Positions 32,329-41,484 of a DNA stretch of 64,000 nt are shown one piece after another. Where the stretch lies: contig JANRLW010000085.1 in assembly GCA_033762295.1 (NCBI GenBank), positions 1 through 64,000 on the forward strand, read 5' to 3'. Both the position numbers and the translations under genes were made by a program. Each line of letters begins with the position of its first letter. Position 1 is the first letter of the stretch. The notes beneath the pieces were generated by a model. The model ran no database searches and had not been told where the DNA came from. It saw nothing but the letters and a program-made list of their open reading frames with translations. The stretch comes from Capsulimonadales bacterium. Lineage in GTDB: Bacteria > Armatimonadota > Armatimonadia > Armatimonadales > Armatimonadaceae.

Positions 32329-33408
32329 TTATGCCGGGCGGCGCAGCATCTGTTTGAGTTCGGTAATGTTTCCGGCGGCGCGGAGGGCATCCTCCTCGCT
32401 GATGATTCCGGCGCGGTAGTACTTGGTCAGGCACTGGTTCATCGTCTGCATGCCCCAGAAGCTGCCTTCCTGAATCGCGGAATAGATGTTTCCGGCCCGT
32501 CCGTCCTCGATCAGTTTGGCGATCGTCGGTGTCACGATCATGACCTCGATCGCGGCGACCCGTCCCTCGGCATCGACCCGCGGCAGAAGTTTCTGCGACA
32601 GAACGCCCCGCAGGGAGTTGGACATACGCAGACAGAGCGTCGCGCGTTCGTGCGGCGGGAAAAGGTTGATGATACGGTCGAGGGTTTCGGCCGCGCTTGC
32701 GGTATGCACCGTCGAGAAGACCAGGTGTCCGGTTTCCGAGGCCTGCAACGCGACGTTCATGGTCTCGATATCGCGCATCTCACCGATCAGAATGATATCG
32801 GGGTTCTGGCGGACGACGTATTTCAGCGCGTCGGTGAAGGAGTCGGTATCGATCCCGATCTCCCGCTGAGAGACGATACACAACTTGTCGGGATGCACGA
32901 ACTCGATCGGGTCCTCGACGGTGACGATGTTGGCGCGACGCTCGTTGTTGATCTTGTCGATCATCGCCGCCAGGGTCGTGGACTTACCGGAACCGGTCGG
33001 TCCGGTGATCAGGATCAATCCCTGTCGGTGCGTGGTCAGGTCGCCGATGACGGGCGGAAGTCCGAGTTGTTCGAGCGACAGGATCTTCAGCGGCACCAGT
33101 CGGCACACCGTTCCCATCGACCCGCGCTGCTGATAGATATTGGCGCGAACGCGGCAGAGTCCGTCCACGACGAAGGCAAGGTCCATTTCATGCCGATGCT
33201 CGAACCGTCCGATCTGCTCATGCGTCATGACCGAATAGGCAAGCCGTCGGGTGTCATCCGGGGTCAGACGGGGATAATCCTCCCGGGCCGTGATCCGCCC
33301 GTGAACGCGAAAACTCGGGGGACTATCGGCCTTAATAAACAGGTCGGAGGCCTTCATTTCGGCAGCCAACTTAATCAGTTCGCGCAAATCGCGGTATTCC
33401 ACAGGCAT
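32329..33408 (-). CDS. pilT: PilT/PilU family type IV pilus retraction ATPase
   Basis: 'ASDLFI', Walker A 'TGPTGSGKSTTLA', 'TVEDPIEF', 'PDIILIGEMRD', His box 'ETGHLVFSTVH', 'GMQTMNQ'; PilT versus PilU not resolved. Confidence 0.88.
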   Translation of the reverse strand: MPVEYRDLRELIKLAAEMKASDLFIKADSPPSFRVHGRITAREDYPRLTPDDTRRLAYSVMTHEQIGRFEHRHEMDLAFVVDGLCRVRANIYQQRGSMGTVCRLVPLKILSLEQLGLPPVIGDLTTHRQGLILITGPTGSGKSTTLAAMIDKINNERRANIVTVEDPIEFVHPDKLCIVSQREIGIDTDSFTDALKYVVRQNPDIILIGEMRDIETMNVALQASETGHLVFSTVHTASAAETLDRIINLFPPHERATLCLRMSNSLRGVLSQKLLPRVDAEGRVAAIEVMIVTPTIAKLIEDGRAGNIYSAIQEGSFWGMQTMNQCLTKYYRAGIISEEDALRAAGNITELKQMLRRPA

Positions 33409-33479
33409 AGCAGCCAATCGATCCTTTCCGGGAGAGCCGTCCGCCGCTGTGTCCCACCGGTCGGGCGCTCCGTCTCTGA

Positions 33480-34220
33480 TTATCGGGCGGTCATTCGGGT
33501 AAACAACAGATAGGCCACCGTCCCCGCGCCGAGCGCCACCGCCACCGCCAGTCCGGTCCCGATCCACCCCTTCGGCAAGCCGGGCGGGTCGGTCCTTCCG
33601 GCCGCCGTTTCGGAGCCCTGGTCGCTTTTGATTGTTTCGTAGGTCGGCAGGCGCAACGATTCCAGGTTATGATTTTTTATATTCAACATATAGGTGAAGG
33701 CTCCCTGCCCCTGCGACAGCGAAACCTCCAAATTGTTGTCGGAGTACTCGCGAATGCCCCGAAACGCGAATTTGTCTCCCGGAATGAGATAGGTGATATG
33801 GACACGGTCCAGATCGCGGAACGCGCGGGCGAACGGTTCGAGCGGCATCGTTCCATCCGACAGGTTGACGACGTTCCCGGTCGTTCGGAACGTGACCGAG
33901 GACATAACGGGCGTTTTCGGGGCGTCCGGCGCACTCGGTTCCAGCGCCCGGTCCTTGAACTCCGGTTCGCTCGCCCGCCATCCGGTCAGGCGTAACAGAG
34001 TCCGGACACGGCTCTCCGCCCGCGTCCGTGGCACGGTCTTCGGATAGACCGTCGTCACCGCCCATTCGCGGGTCGGCAGCGGGAAGGCGACCACCTGCAC
34101 ATCCGGAACCCGCCGGGTCGGGATCGGCGCATTGACCATCTGCGCCTGCGCCGCGGCCGTCCCCCCGATCACCGCCGTCATCGACGCCATACAGGCCGCC
34201 GTCGCCAAAAATCGATTCAT
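33480..34220 (-). CDS. Hypothetical exported protein with C-terminal membrane anchor
   Basis: Signal 'MNRFLATAACMASMTAVIGGTAAAQA'; C-terminal TM 'GLAVAVALGAGTVAYLLF'. Confidence 0.75.
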   Translation of the reverse strand: MNRFLATAACMASMTAVIGGTAAAQAQMVNAPIPTRRVPDVQVVAFPLPTREWAVTTVYPKTVPRTRAESRVRTLLRLTGWRASEPEFKDRALEPSAPDAPKTPVMSSVTFRTTGNVVNLSDGTMPLEPFARAFRDLDRVHITYLIPGDKFAFRGIREYSDNNLEVSLSQGQGAFTYMLNIKNHNLESLRLPTYETIKSDQGSETAAGRTDPPGLPKGWIGTGLAVAVALGAGTVAYLLFTRMTAR

Positions 34221-34227
34221 TACGGTT

Positions 34228-35688
34228 TTACTGTCCTTTACCGGCTGCCGGATCCGCAGCCCGACGGTACAACGCCAGCGCCTTTTCACGCTGCGTCTTA
34301 TGATCTACGATAGGATACGGGTAGTCCCGCCCCAGAACGCACCCGACAGCCTCCTGTTCCGACGGAGACAGTTCCCACGGACGATGAAGAAAGCGATTCG
34401 GAACGCGCCGTAACTCCGGAACGTAACGTCGGACATAGACCCCGTCCGCATCGAACCGCTCGCCCTGAGCGACCGGATTGAAGATCCGGAAGAACGGCTG
34501 CGCGTCCGTGCCGGTCGAGGCCGCCCACTGCCACCCGCCGTTATTGGCCGCCAGGTCGCCATCGATCAGCATCCGCATAAAATACGCCTCGCCCAGACGC
34601 CAGTCGCACAACAGGTCCTTCGTCAGGAATGAAGCCGTGATCATTCGCGCCCGGTTGTGCATCCACGCTTCCGACTTCAACTGCCGCTGGGCCGCATCGA
34701 TGATCGGATATCCGGTCCGACCGTCCCGCCAGGCGTCGAAATACTCCTCCCGGTTCTCCCAGGCGATCCCCTCGTAGGCCGGACGAAACGAACGCTCCGC
34801 CACAGACGGAAAATGCCAGAGAATCTGGTAGTAAAAATCCCGCCAGGCAAGTTCCGCCAGAAACGTGTCCGGTCCTCCGGCCAGTCGTCTCGCGGCCAAA
34901 GCCTCCTTACGAACCTGCCGTACCGCCGCCAGAAGGCGACGGGCGGACAGCACCCCCATCTTCAGATACGCCGACAGGCGGGATGTCCCCTCGCTGCCGG
35001 GCGGTTCGCGCCCGGTATCGTAGGATACGACCTTGTCGCGGAGGAAGGCTTCAAGCCGTGACCGGGCTTCACGCTCCGATCCGTGGACGAGCGGGCGCGG
35101 CTCCGTCGTCCCGGAGGAGCCGGTCCGTTCCGGCAGGGGGTCCGAGAAGATTTCGCTCGGCGGAAACGGAACCCGGGCGGGAGCCTCCTGCGGTTCGGGG
35201 ATCGGTCGCTCCCACCACACCTTCTTGTACGGGGTGAAAACGGTGTAGGGTTTGCCGGCGCCGGTGAAAATCTCGTCCGGTTCGATTGTGAGCAGATCCG
35301 AACCCGTCTCGACCGTCACGCCCAGTTCGCGCAGGGATTCGGTCACCGCCGCGTCCCGCGACCGCGCATACGGCTCATAGTCCCGGCTGAAAAAGAGCGC
35401 GGTCGCCCCGGTCTCCCGTACCAGCCGCGCCAGTTCCTCGACCGGCTGCCCCGATCGGACGATCAGACGGCTTCCCCGCTCGCGCAGTGACGCGTCGATG
35501 TCCGCCAGCGCCTCGAACAGAAAATCGACCCGGGCCGGCGCGGTGTTCGGATGCGCCAGCAACGCCGGGTCGGGCACGAAGACCGGAACGACGTACTCGG
35601 CGGCGGCCGTCGCGGCCAGCAACGCCTGATTATCGTCGAGCCGGATTATCCGGCGAAACCAGTAGACAGCGATACGGTGCCGTTTCAC
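34228..35688 (-). CDS. phr: Deoxyribodipyrimidine (CPD) photolyase, class I
   Basis: 'YWFRR..RLDDNQAL', 'TSRLSAYL', 'ELAWRDFY', 'GRTGYPIIDA', 'WMHNRARMITASFL', 'DGDLAANNGGWQW'. Confidence 0.95.
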   Translation of the reverse strand: MKRHRIAVYWFRRIIRLDDNQALLAATAAAEYVVPVFVPDPALLAHPNTAPARVDFLFEALADIDASLRERGSRLIVRSGQPVEELARLVRETGATALFFSRDYEPYARSRDAAVTESLRELGVTVETGSDLLTIEPDEIFTGAGKPYTVFTPYKKVWWERPIPEPQEAPARVPFPPSEIFSDPLPERTGSSGTTEPRPLVHGSEREARSRLEAFLRDKVVSYDTGREPPGSEGTSRLSAYLKMGVLSARRLLAAVRQVRKEALAARRLAGGPDTFLAELAWRDFYYQILWHFPSVAERSFRPAYEGIAWENREEYFDAWRDGRTGYPIIDAAQRQLKSEAWMHNRARMITASFLTKDLLCDWRLGEAYFMRMLIDGDLAANNGGWQWAASTGTDAQPFFRIFNPVAQGERFDADGVYVRRYVPELRRVPNRFLHRPWELSPSEQEAVGCVLGRDYPYPIVDHKTQREKALALYRRAADPAAGKGQ

Positions 35689-35750
35689 GGCCTATCATAA
35701 CCGATCCGCCCGCTTTTTTCCCGTTCCGCTCCGGCCTGCCGAGCGCCGCT

Positions 35751-36260
35751 CTATCGGAGCGTCTGCCGCGCCGCCCGCCAGAGGTCGCGCGCCCCGTGGT
35801 ACCAGCCGCGGACATATTCCTTCCATTCGACATCGACCGATCCGCCGGCGGCCTGACGCTCCTCCCGAATCCACCGGTTCAGTGTCTCCTTGAGATCGAC
35901 GGTCGGAAAGTCATCATCATCGATGTCGAAATCGTCGAGTTCGTCGGCCTCGCGAATCTCGTCCTCGTCCCAGTCGTCGTGCACCCGCTCCAGTTCCTCC
36001 AGGGAGGCGCGTTCGATCGCCCACTCCTCGCCGTCGTGTCGTCCGCGCTGATACCAGCGTTCGCGGGACTCTCGTTCGCGCAGAAACCGCTGCACCAGTC
36101 GCTGTACCTTCGCATCTCCGGCAATCACCGTCGAACCTTCCAGCATATCAAGCTCCTTCGTCAGCGCGGCGGCGCAGATTTTGGACACATTTACCCGATC
36201 GCGCAGCCGTTCCAGTCGTTCGTACAGCGCATCCGGTATCGTGAGGTTCAATCGTGCCAC
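35751..36260 (-). CDS. Putative ribbon-helix-helix DNA-binding protein with acidic C-terminal domain
   Basis: 'MARLNLTIPDALYERLERLRDRVNVSKICAAAL' RHH pattern; GGGAGG RBS. Confidence 0.7.
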   Translation of the reverse strand: MARLNLTIPDALYERLERLRDRVNVSKICAAALTKELDMLEGSTVIAGDAKVQRLVQRFLRERESRERWYQRGRHDGEEWAIERASLEELERVHDDWDEDEIREADELDDFDIDDDDFPTVDLKETLNRWIREERQAAGGSVDVEWKEYVRGWYHGARDLWRAARQTLR

Positions 36261-36275
36261 AGCGCCCTCCCATAA

Positions 36276-36316
36276 GCATTACACGCATTATACGCATAAT
36301 ACGTATCCTTCGTCAA
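36276..36316 (-). promoter_or_regulatory. sigma70 promoter overlapped by three 9-bp direct repeats
   Basis: Minus-strand TTGACG (36311-36316), 18 bp, TATAAT (36287-36292); repeats GCATTACAC/GCATTATAC/GCATAATAC at 36276-36302. Confidence 0.7.
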
Positions 36317-36378
36317 GATCATTTCCCGTTCGGCTCCTACCGTACCCGAAAAGACGGTATAATCCAACGGAGGTTATC

Positions 36379-37545
36379 ATGCTGAAGTTAGACCGGGACA
36401 GCGAGTCCACGCTTCCGCATCCGAGGGAGCGCACCCCCTCATCGGTCGCGCCCCCCGAGACGGTCGTCGAGGACTCTCGTCGTGTTACGCCGCAGGAACT
36501 CGCCGAAGCGATCGCCGCTTTGGAAAAGAGGAAAAACACCATCTATCCCGGTTCGATCGCCCTCGACTCCGCCCTGCGGGAGATGGAGCAGGAAGCGAAC
36601 ACCCCCCGAATACGAAAAGCGATCGAAACCCGTCGCGAGCGGAGACAGCGAGGGGTCAGCGGTCAATCGCCCGGTCTTCGGGCCGGTTACCTCGGTCTCG
36701 GTCTCTTCGCTCTCTTTCTGGGCGTCGTCGCCTTCGCGTACATCGGAACTCTGGCCGACCCCATGCGCGCGGAACCCGTATGGAAGTCGATCGGTCGCTC
36801 CCTCGGACTCAGGCCCGACCTCAAACCCGCACCGGCACCGGGTTCCCTGTCATGGCGGTACATCCGACTTCTGGAGCGGACGCCGACGATGGTGCAACTG
36901 GGCGACCTGAAAGACGGTCAACCGGTCACCCTCGACCGCGAGCAGGCCCGGAATCTTCAGGAAGCGACCACCGGGAAAAGCCTGATGGACGCTTCCGGTT
37001 ACCACCCGGTGATCCTTCCTCTCCCCCCGGACATTCTCCTCGAAACCGCTCCGCCCGCCCAACTCTCCCCCGAAAAGGGAGTTTACGTTCGTTACGGAAA
37101 AACCTGGTACCGACGGGGATGGACCACGGAAACGCTGGTGAAAGGTGAGGAACCCGTCGTGGAATCCCCCGTCCGGTCGCGTAAAGATGGTCCGCAAGCG
37201 GGCACGGTACGGCATAACTTCCGGTTTTTTTCCGACCGTCCGACCGAAAATATCGTCATCCGGCGTTCGAGCCCCATCCCGACTCCGCCCGGTTTGACCC
37301 CCGGTCAGATTTCCAAACTGGGAAATCGCATCCGCACGGAAACCATTTCTCTCGGCCCGGCGAAACGGCGCATTCTGATACCCGTCGCCGCTATTGAAAC
37401 CACGGTCGATCGTCAACTTCACGCCACCGAACCCAATCGATCGTCGGCGCCGGGTACGCCGACGATCGATTGGGTCGACAACGGGCGGGAGTTTTTATTG
37501 ATCGGCGAGGGGTTACTGGACTCCAATGCGTGGAAGGAACGATGA
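36379..37545 (+). CDS. Hypothetical single-pass membrane protein (paralog A)
   Basis: TATAAT at 36358-36363 and GGAGG RBS; central TM; 'YGKTWYRRGWTTE' motif. Confidence 0.75.
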   Translation: MLKLDRDSESTLPHPRERTPSSVAPPETVVEDSRRVTPQELAEAIAALEKRKNTIYPGSIALDSALREMEQEANTPRIRKAIETRRERRQRGVSGQSPGLRAGYLGLGLFALFLGVVAFAYIGTLADPMRAEPVWKSIGRSLGLRPDLKPAPAPGSLSWRYIRLLERTPTMVQLGDLKDGQPVTLDREQARNLQEATTGKSLMDASGYHPVILPLPPDILLETAPPAQLSPEKGVYVRYGKTWYRRGWTTETLVKGEEPVVESPVRSRKDGPQAGTVRHNFRFFSDRPTENIVIRRSSPIPTPPGLTPGQISKLGNRIRTETISLGPAKRRILIPVAAIETTVDRQLHATEPNRSSAPGTPTIDWVDNGREFLLIGEGLLDSNAWKER

Positions 37546-37555
37546 GGCGCGATTC

Positions 37556-38665
37556 ATGTTAAAACAGCGCACCGCCGACGAAAACCCCTCCGTTACCCCG
37601 GTCCGACCGATGGCGAGCGTGCCAGGGTCCGTACCGCGGTCGGAGTCGGACATCCCACAGATGCGTCCCGAGGAATTCCGGGTCCGCCCCGACGAACTCG
37701 CCGATGCCCTGACCGTGCTGGCGGAAACGACCGGAAAAACGGTCGGCGGGACGTTGCCACTCGACCGAACGCTCAAGGAGATGGACCGGGCGGCGCTTGC
37801 CGATGAGGTCTGGGCGGAAGTGCAGGCCAGGCGTCGTACCCCACAGGCCCGCGCGACCGCTTCCGTCCGACCCCGCTCGAAAAACGCCCGCCGGCAACTG
37901 GCTTTCGGCTTTCTGGCGACCTTCGCGCTCTTCGCCGTCACCATTTTTTTCGGCATCCTTTTGAACCAACCGGCCAGTCTGGGGTTCAAGGACGCGTTGC
38001 CAGGCGCCGTTTACACACTGACCGCGATCGGTGAATGGACAGGCATCTCCGGAGAAGGGTCCGAACCGATCCCTTTCTCCTCCAATGAGGACTTTCGGTC
38101 GTTTCCCCGGCAGTCACCGACGATGAAACCCCTTTCGGAAGTCGGCGAGGGAGAGGTCGTGTCGGTCGACGAGTCACAGGCAAAACGATTGCAGGAACTG
38201 GAAAACCGGACGATCGGCAAGTCGGCGACGGATCGCAAGGCGCTGCTCGCCCGAACGTTCGTGGAAATGAAACCCGGTCCGGCCGACCTGCAGACGGTTC
38301 GCTTCGGGCATCAGTGGTATCGGCGGGGGTGGACCACCGAGAAACCGGTGACCATCGGCGGACGGACGTGGGTTCCCTTTACCGCGCAGCCGACCGATCG
38401 CCTGATCTTCCACTGGCCCCGTACCGACGGAAAGTTCCCGCAGGGGGACCATGCTCTGGGCAATGCCCGAAAACCAATTCAGGTTCCGATCTCCTTAGCC
38501 GGGGATTCCGAGTACCTCAACGTCCGCCACGTCTCCGGGTCGACACGGACGTTTTCGGTATGGACAGGGGTCGTCGATCCGTCCCGTCTTGACGGACGCG
38601 CCTGGGACCCGTGGACTCCCGCGACGGGCGCGTCCGGGCCGGAGCGACCGAGCGCCGGCCCGTAA
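37556..38665 (+). CDS. Hypothetical single-pass membrane protein (paralog B)
   Basis: Central TM; 'FGHQWYRRGWTTE' motif; colinear with paralog A. Confidence 0.75.
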   Translation: MLKQRTADENPSVTPVRPMASVPGSVPRSESDIPQMRPEEFRVRPDELADALTVLAETTGKTVGGTLPLDRTLKEMDRAALADEVWAEVQARRRTPQARATASVRPRSKNARRQLAFGFLATFALFAVTIFFGILLNQPASLGFKDALPGAVYTLTAIGEWTGISGEGSEPIPFSSNEDFRSFPRQSPTMKPLSEVGEGEVVSVDESQAKRLQELENRTIGKSATDRKALLARTFVEMKPGPADLQTVRFGHQWYRRGWTTEKPVTIGGRTWVPFTAQPTDRLIFHWPRTDGKFPQGDHALGNARKPIQVPISLAGDSEYLNVRHVSGSTRTFSVWTGVVDPSRLDGRAWDPWTPATGASGPERPSAGP

Positions 38666-38678
38666 CCGATCCAACCGA

Positions 38679-39155
38679 TTAATCGGGCAGGTGCCACCGG
38701 CCTTTTTCGGCGAACCCGCGACGGCGGATACGGCGCGCGCAACGTTCGACCAGGTCGCGTGCCAGGCGGGCGCGCGGGGTCAGGTCCGGCGGATCGCCCC
38801 CGATCTCGTCCCGCGCTTCGAGCAGGCCGACGCGTCGACCGGTCGGTTCCGCATGGCCCAGCAATAGCAGAATCAGACAGGAGTTTTCGTCAGGCTGGCC
38901 GGTCGGCGGAGGGTCGAGCGAGGTCATCACGCCCCAGAGGGTCGGTCGAGCGTCCGCGGACAGACGGCGTAGCAGCGGACGGGCGGTTCGGCGCGGACGG
39001 CGGTCTTTGGGATGAGGAGGCGCAAACCGGGGATCGGGAATCGGCGGCATCAATGGCATCAGCGATATCTGGGCGTGCGGCGCGCGTTTGCGGATAAACT
39101 TGACCAGGCCGGCGATTTCCGTATCTCCCGCCGAAAAACGAATCATTATTCCCAC
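38679..39155 (-). CDS. Hypothetical protein
   Basis: Fills the gap between flanking genes; TATAAT 8 nt upstream of the GTG; no family recognised. Confidence 0.45.
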   Translation of the reverse strand: MGIMIRFSAGDTEIAGLVKFIRKRAPHAQISLMPLMPPIPDPRFAPPHPKDRRPRRTARPLLRRLSADARPTLWGVMTSLDPPPTGQPDENSCLILLLLGHAEPTGRRVGLLEARDEIGGDPPDLTPRARLARDLVERCARRIRRRGFAEKGRWHLPD

Positions 39156-39253
39156 AGCACGTCATTATACCCACATATACGGAGTTCCGCCGAACAGGCC
39201 CATAATCCGCAGGAACGGCGCGGATCGACGATGAATCATCGGAAGGAAGGCTT

Positions 39254-39934
39254 ATGTCCGAAGAAACACTTCCCGAACCGGAGACCCGAAAGGTCCGCCT
39301 CGTCATTGCCGAGGACGAGACGATGACACGCGAACTTCTGGCCCGACTCATCGGTCTTGAGGACGATATCACCGTGGTCGGGACGGCATCGGACGGCGCG
39401 AAGGCGCTCTCCGTCGTCCTGGCGCAGAAGCCGGATGTTCTGCTCACCGATATCGGTATGCCCCAGATGAACGGCATTCAGCTGACCGAAACGCTGCGCC
39501 GGGAGATGCCGCAGGTCGGGGTCGTTATTCTCACCATCTACAACGATGACGAGCGGGTCTTCGCCGCAATCAAGGCCGGCGCGCGCGGATATGTCCTCAA
39601 GGATTCCCCGCCGCAGGAAACGATCGCCGCCGTTCGCGCCGCAGGACGCGGCGAAGCCCTCCTCCATCCCTCGCTCGTCGGACGACTTCTGGCCGAGTTC
39701 GGACGACTCTCCGTCCAGCGTGCCGCCGATAACTCCGTTTTCGCCGAACTCACCGACCGGGAACGCGAGGTGCTGACCGAAATCGGACGCGGCAAACGCA
39801 ATAAAGAGATCGCCGATACGCTGTTTATCAGTGAAAAGACCGTCAAGAACCATATTTCCAATATCTTCGCCAAACTCGAGGTCAACACGCGCGCCGAGGC
39901 CGCGCTTCTCGCCGCCCGTCAGGGACTGGTGTGA
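39254..39934 (+). CDS. NarL/LuxR-family response regulator
   Basis: Receiver 'IAEDE..PDVLLTDIGMP..GARGYVLK'; LuxR HTH 'LTDREREVL..NKEIA..ISEKTVKNHISNIFAKL'. Confidence 0.95.
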   Translation: MSEETLPEPETRKVRLVIAEDETMTRELLARLIGLEDDITVVGTASDGAKALSVVLAQKPDVLLTDIGMPQMNGIQLTETLRREMPQVGVVILTIYNDDERVFAAIKAGARGYVLKDSPPQETIAAVRAAGRGEALLHPSLVGRLLAEFGRLSVQRAADNSVFAELTDREREVLTEIGRGKRNKEIADTLFISEKTVKNHISNIFAKLEVNTRAEAALLAARQGLV

Positions 39935-40054
39935 CGAATCACCGTTCCGGAACCGGTAACCGGCAAAACGCTGTCGGGTATAGTAGAGCGGGTTCCCGAC
40001 CGATACAGGGATAGACCCCCATCGGGCGGGCGGAAACAGGAAGGCGAAAGCGTT

Positions 40055-40654
40055 TTGGAATGGTATGAGGGTGAGGTTCAGGCACTGGAGCGGCAACGCG
40101 AGGAGAATCCGCCGCCCCCGGAGGTCGTGGCGTTCTACGGAAGTTCCTCCATACGGTTGTGGAGCACCCTGGCCGACGATTTTCCGGAAGTGCCGGTGCT
40201 CAATCTCGGGTTCGGCGGGTCGACCCTCACCGCCTGCGTTCACTACTTCGAACGGCTCGTTCCGCCCTGTCATCCGAAAGTTCTCCTCTGTTATGCCGGC
40301 GAGAACGATATCGGCGACGGTCGGTCGGTCGACGCAATCGTCGGGTCCTTTCGGGAACTGCATCAGAAGGTCGACCGCGACCTGGGTCCGATTTCGTTCG
40401 CCTACCTCTCCATCAAACCGAGTCCCCTGCGCTGGAGCGCCATCGACAAAATCCGGGAGGTCAACGCGCGCATCCGACAGGAGATCCGAACCCGACCGGA
40501 AAGCCTGTTCATCGATATCCATACGCCGATGCTGGATGACCATGGCCAGCCCCGACGAGAATTATGGACCGAAGACGGCATCCATATGTCGCGAGAAGGG
40601 TATCATGTCTGGTGGCAGGTCGTTTCGGCGCATCGTCGCCGACTGGGATTCTGA
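40055..40654 (+). CDS. SGNH/GDSL hydrolase family protein
   Basis: 'FYGSSSIRLW', 'NLGFGGS', 'YAGEND', 'DGIHM'. Confidence 0.88.
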   Translation: MEWYEGEVQALERQREENPPPPEVVAFYGSSSIRLWSTLADDFPEVPVLNLGFGGSTLTACVHYFERLVPPCHPKVLLCYAGENDIGDGRSVDAIVGSFRELHQKVDRDLGPISFAYLSIKPSPLRWSAIDKIREVNARIRQEIRTRPESLFIDIHTPMLDDHGQPRRELWTEDGIHMSREGYHVWWQVVSAHRRRLGF

Positions 40655-40742
40655 GCCGATCCCAATCATGTCCTGACCCTATCGGAAACGATCGAAGCGA
40701 CGGAGAAAGTCGATATTCGCGCGCGCCGGCGCAATTTCTCTT

Positions 40743-41471
40743 ATGAACCGTGAATACCACAAGTGGCACAGCCCGCATCTCGAGCGCGACATGGAATTGC
40801 TGGTCTTCGGACACACCGGAGCCCGTGTCATTGTCTTCCCCACCAGAGACGGTCGTTTCTTCGATTACGAAAACTGGAAGATGGTGGAAGCCCTCCGCGA
40901 AAAGATTGTGAAGGGATATATCCAGCTCTATTGCGTGGACAGCCACGACCGTTTCAGTCTTTATGCCAACTGGATGCGGCCCGAGGACCGGATGAAACGC
41001 CATCTGGATTTCGAGCGTTATATCCTCGATGAGGTCATCCCCTTTACCCGCGACAGGAATCCGCATCCCTCCCTGATCGCCCATGGCTGCAGTCTCGGCG
41101 GATACCATGCGATGAATATCGGGCTGAGACATCCGGAACGGTTCGATAAAATCGTCGCCCTCTCCGGTCGTTTCGACCTGACCCAGCCAATCGGCACCTT
41201 CCGCGGGCTGTTCGACGGCTACTACGACGACCTGATCTATTTCAATAATCCGAGCCACTTCGTCCCCCTGATCGAGGACGAAAGCCTGCTACAACGGCTG
41301 AGGAAACTCACCATCGTCTTCGTCACCGGCGATAGCGATGTCTTCCTGGCCAATAATCGGGCGTTCTCCCGCGCCCTGTGGCAAAAAAAGATTCCGCACA
41401 CGTTCGCGGTCTGGGAGGGCGAAGCGCACCGCCCGCGCCAGTGGCGGCAAATGGTTCGGCTTTACCTCTGA
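40743..41471 (+). CDS. Esterase family alpha/beta hydrolase
   Basis: 'MELLVFGHTG..VFPT', nucleophile elbow 'GCSLGGYHA', C-terminal His 'GEAH..W'. Confidence 0.88.
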   Translation: MNREYHKWHSPHLERDMELLVFGHTGARVIVFPTRDGRFFDYENWKMVEALREKIVKGYIQLYCVDSHDRFSLYANWMRPEDRMKRHLDFERYILDEVIPFTRDRNPHPSLIAHGCSLGGYHAMNIGLRHPERFDKIVALSGRFDLTQPIGTFRGLFDGYYDDLIYFNNPSHFVPLIEDESLLQRLRKLTIVFVTGDSDVFLANNRAFSRALWQKKIPHTFAVWEGEAHRPRQWRQMVRLYL

Positions 41472-41484
41472 TACAATATCCACC

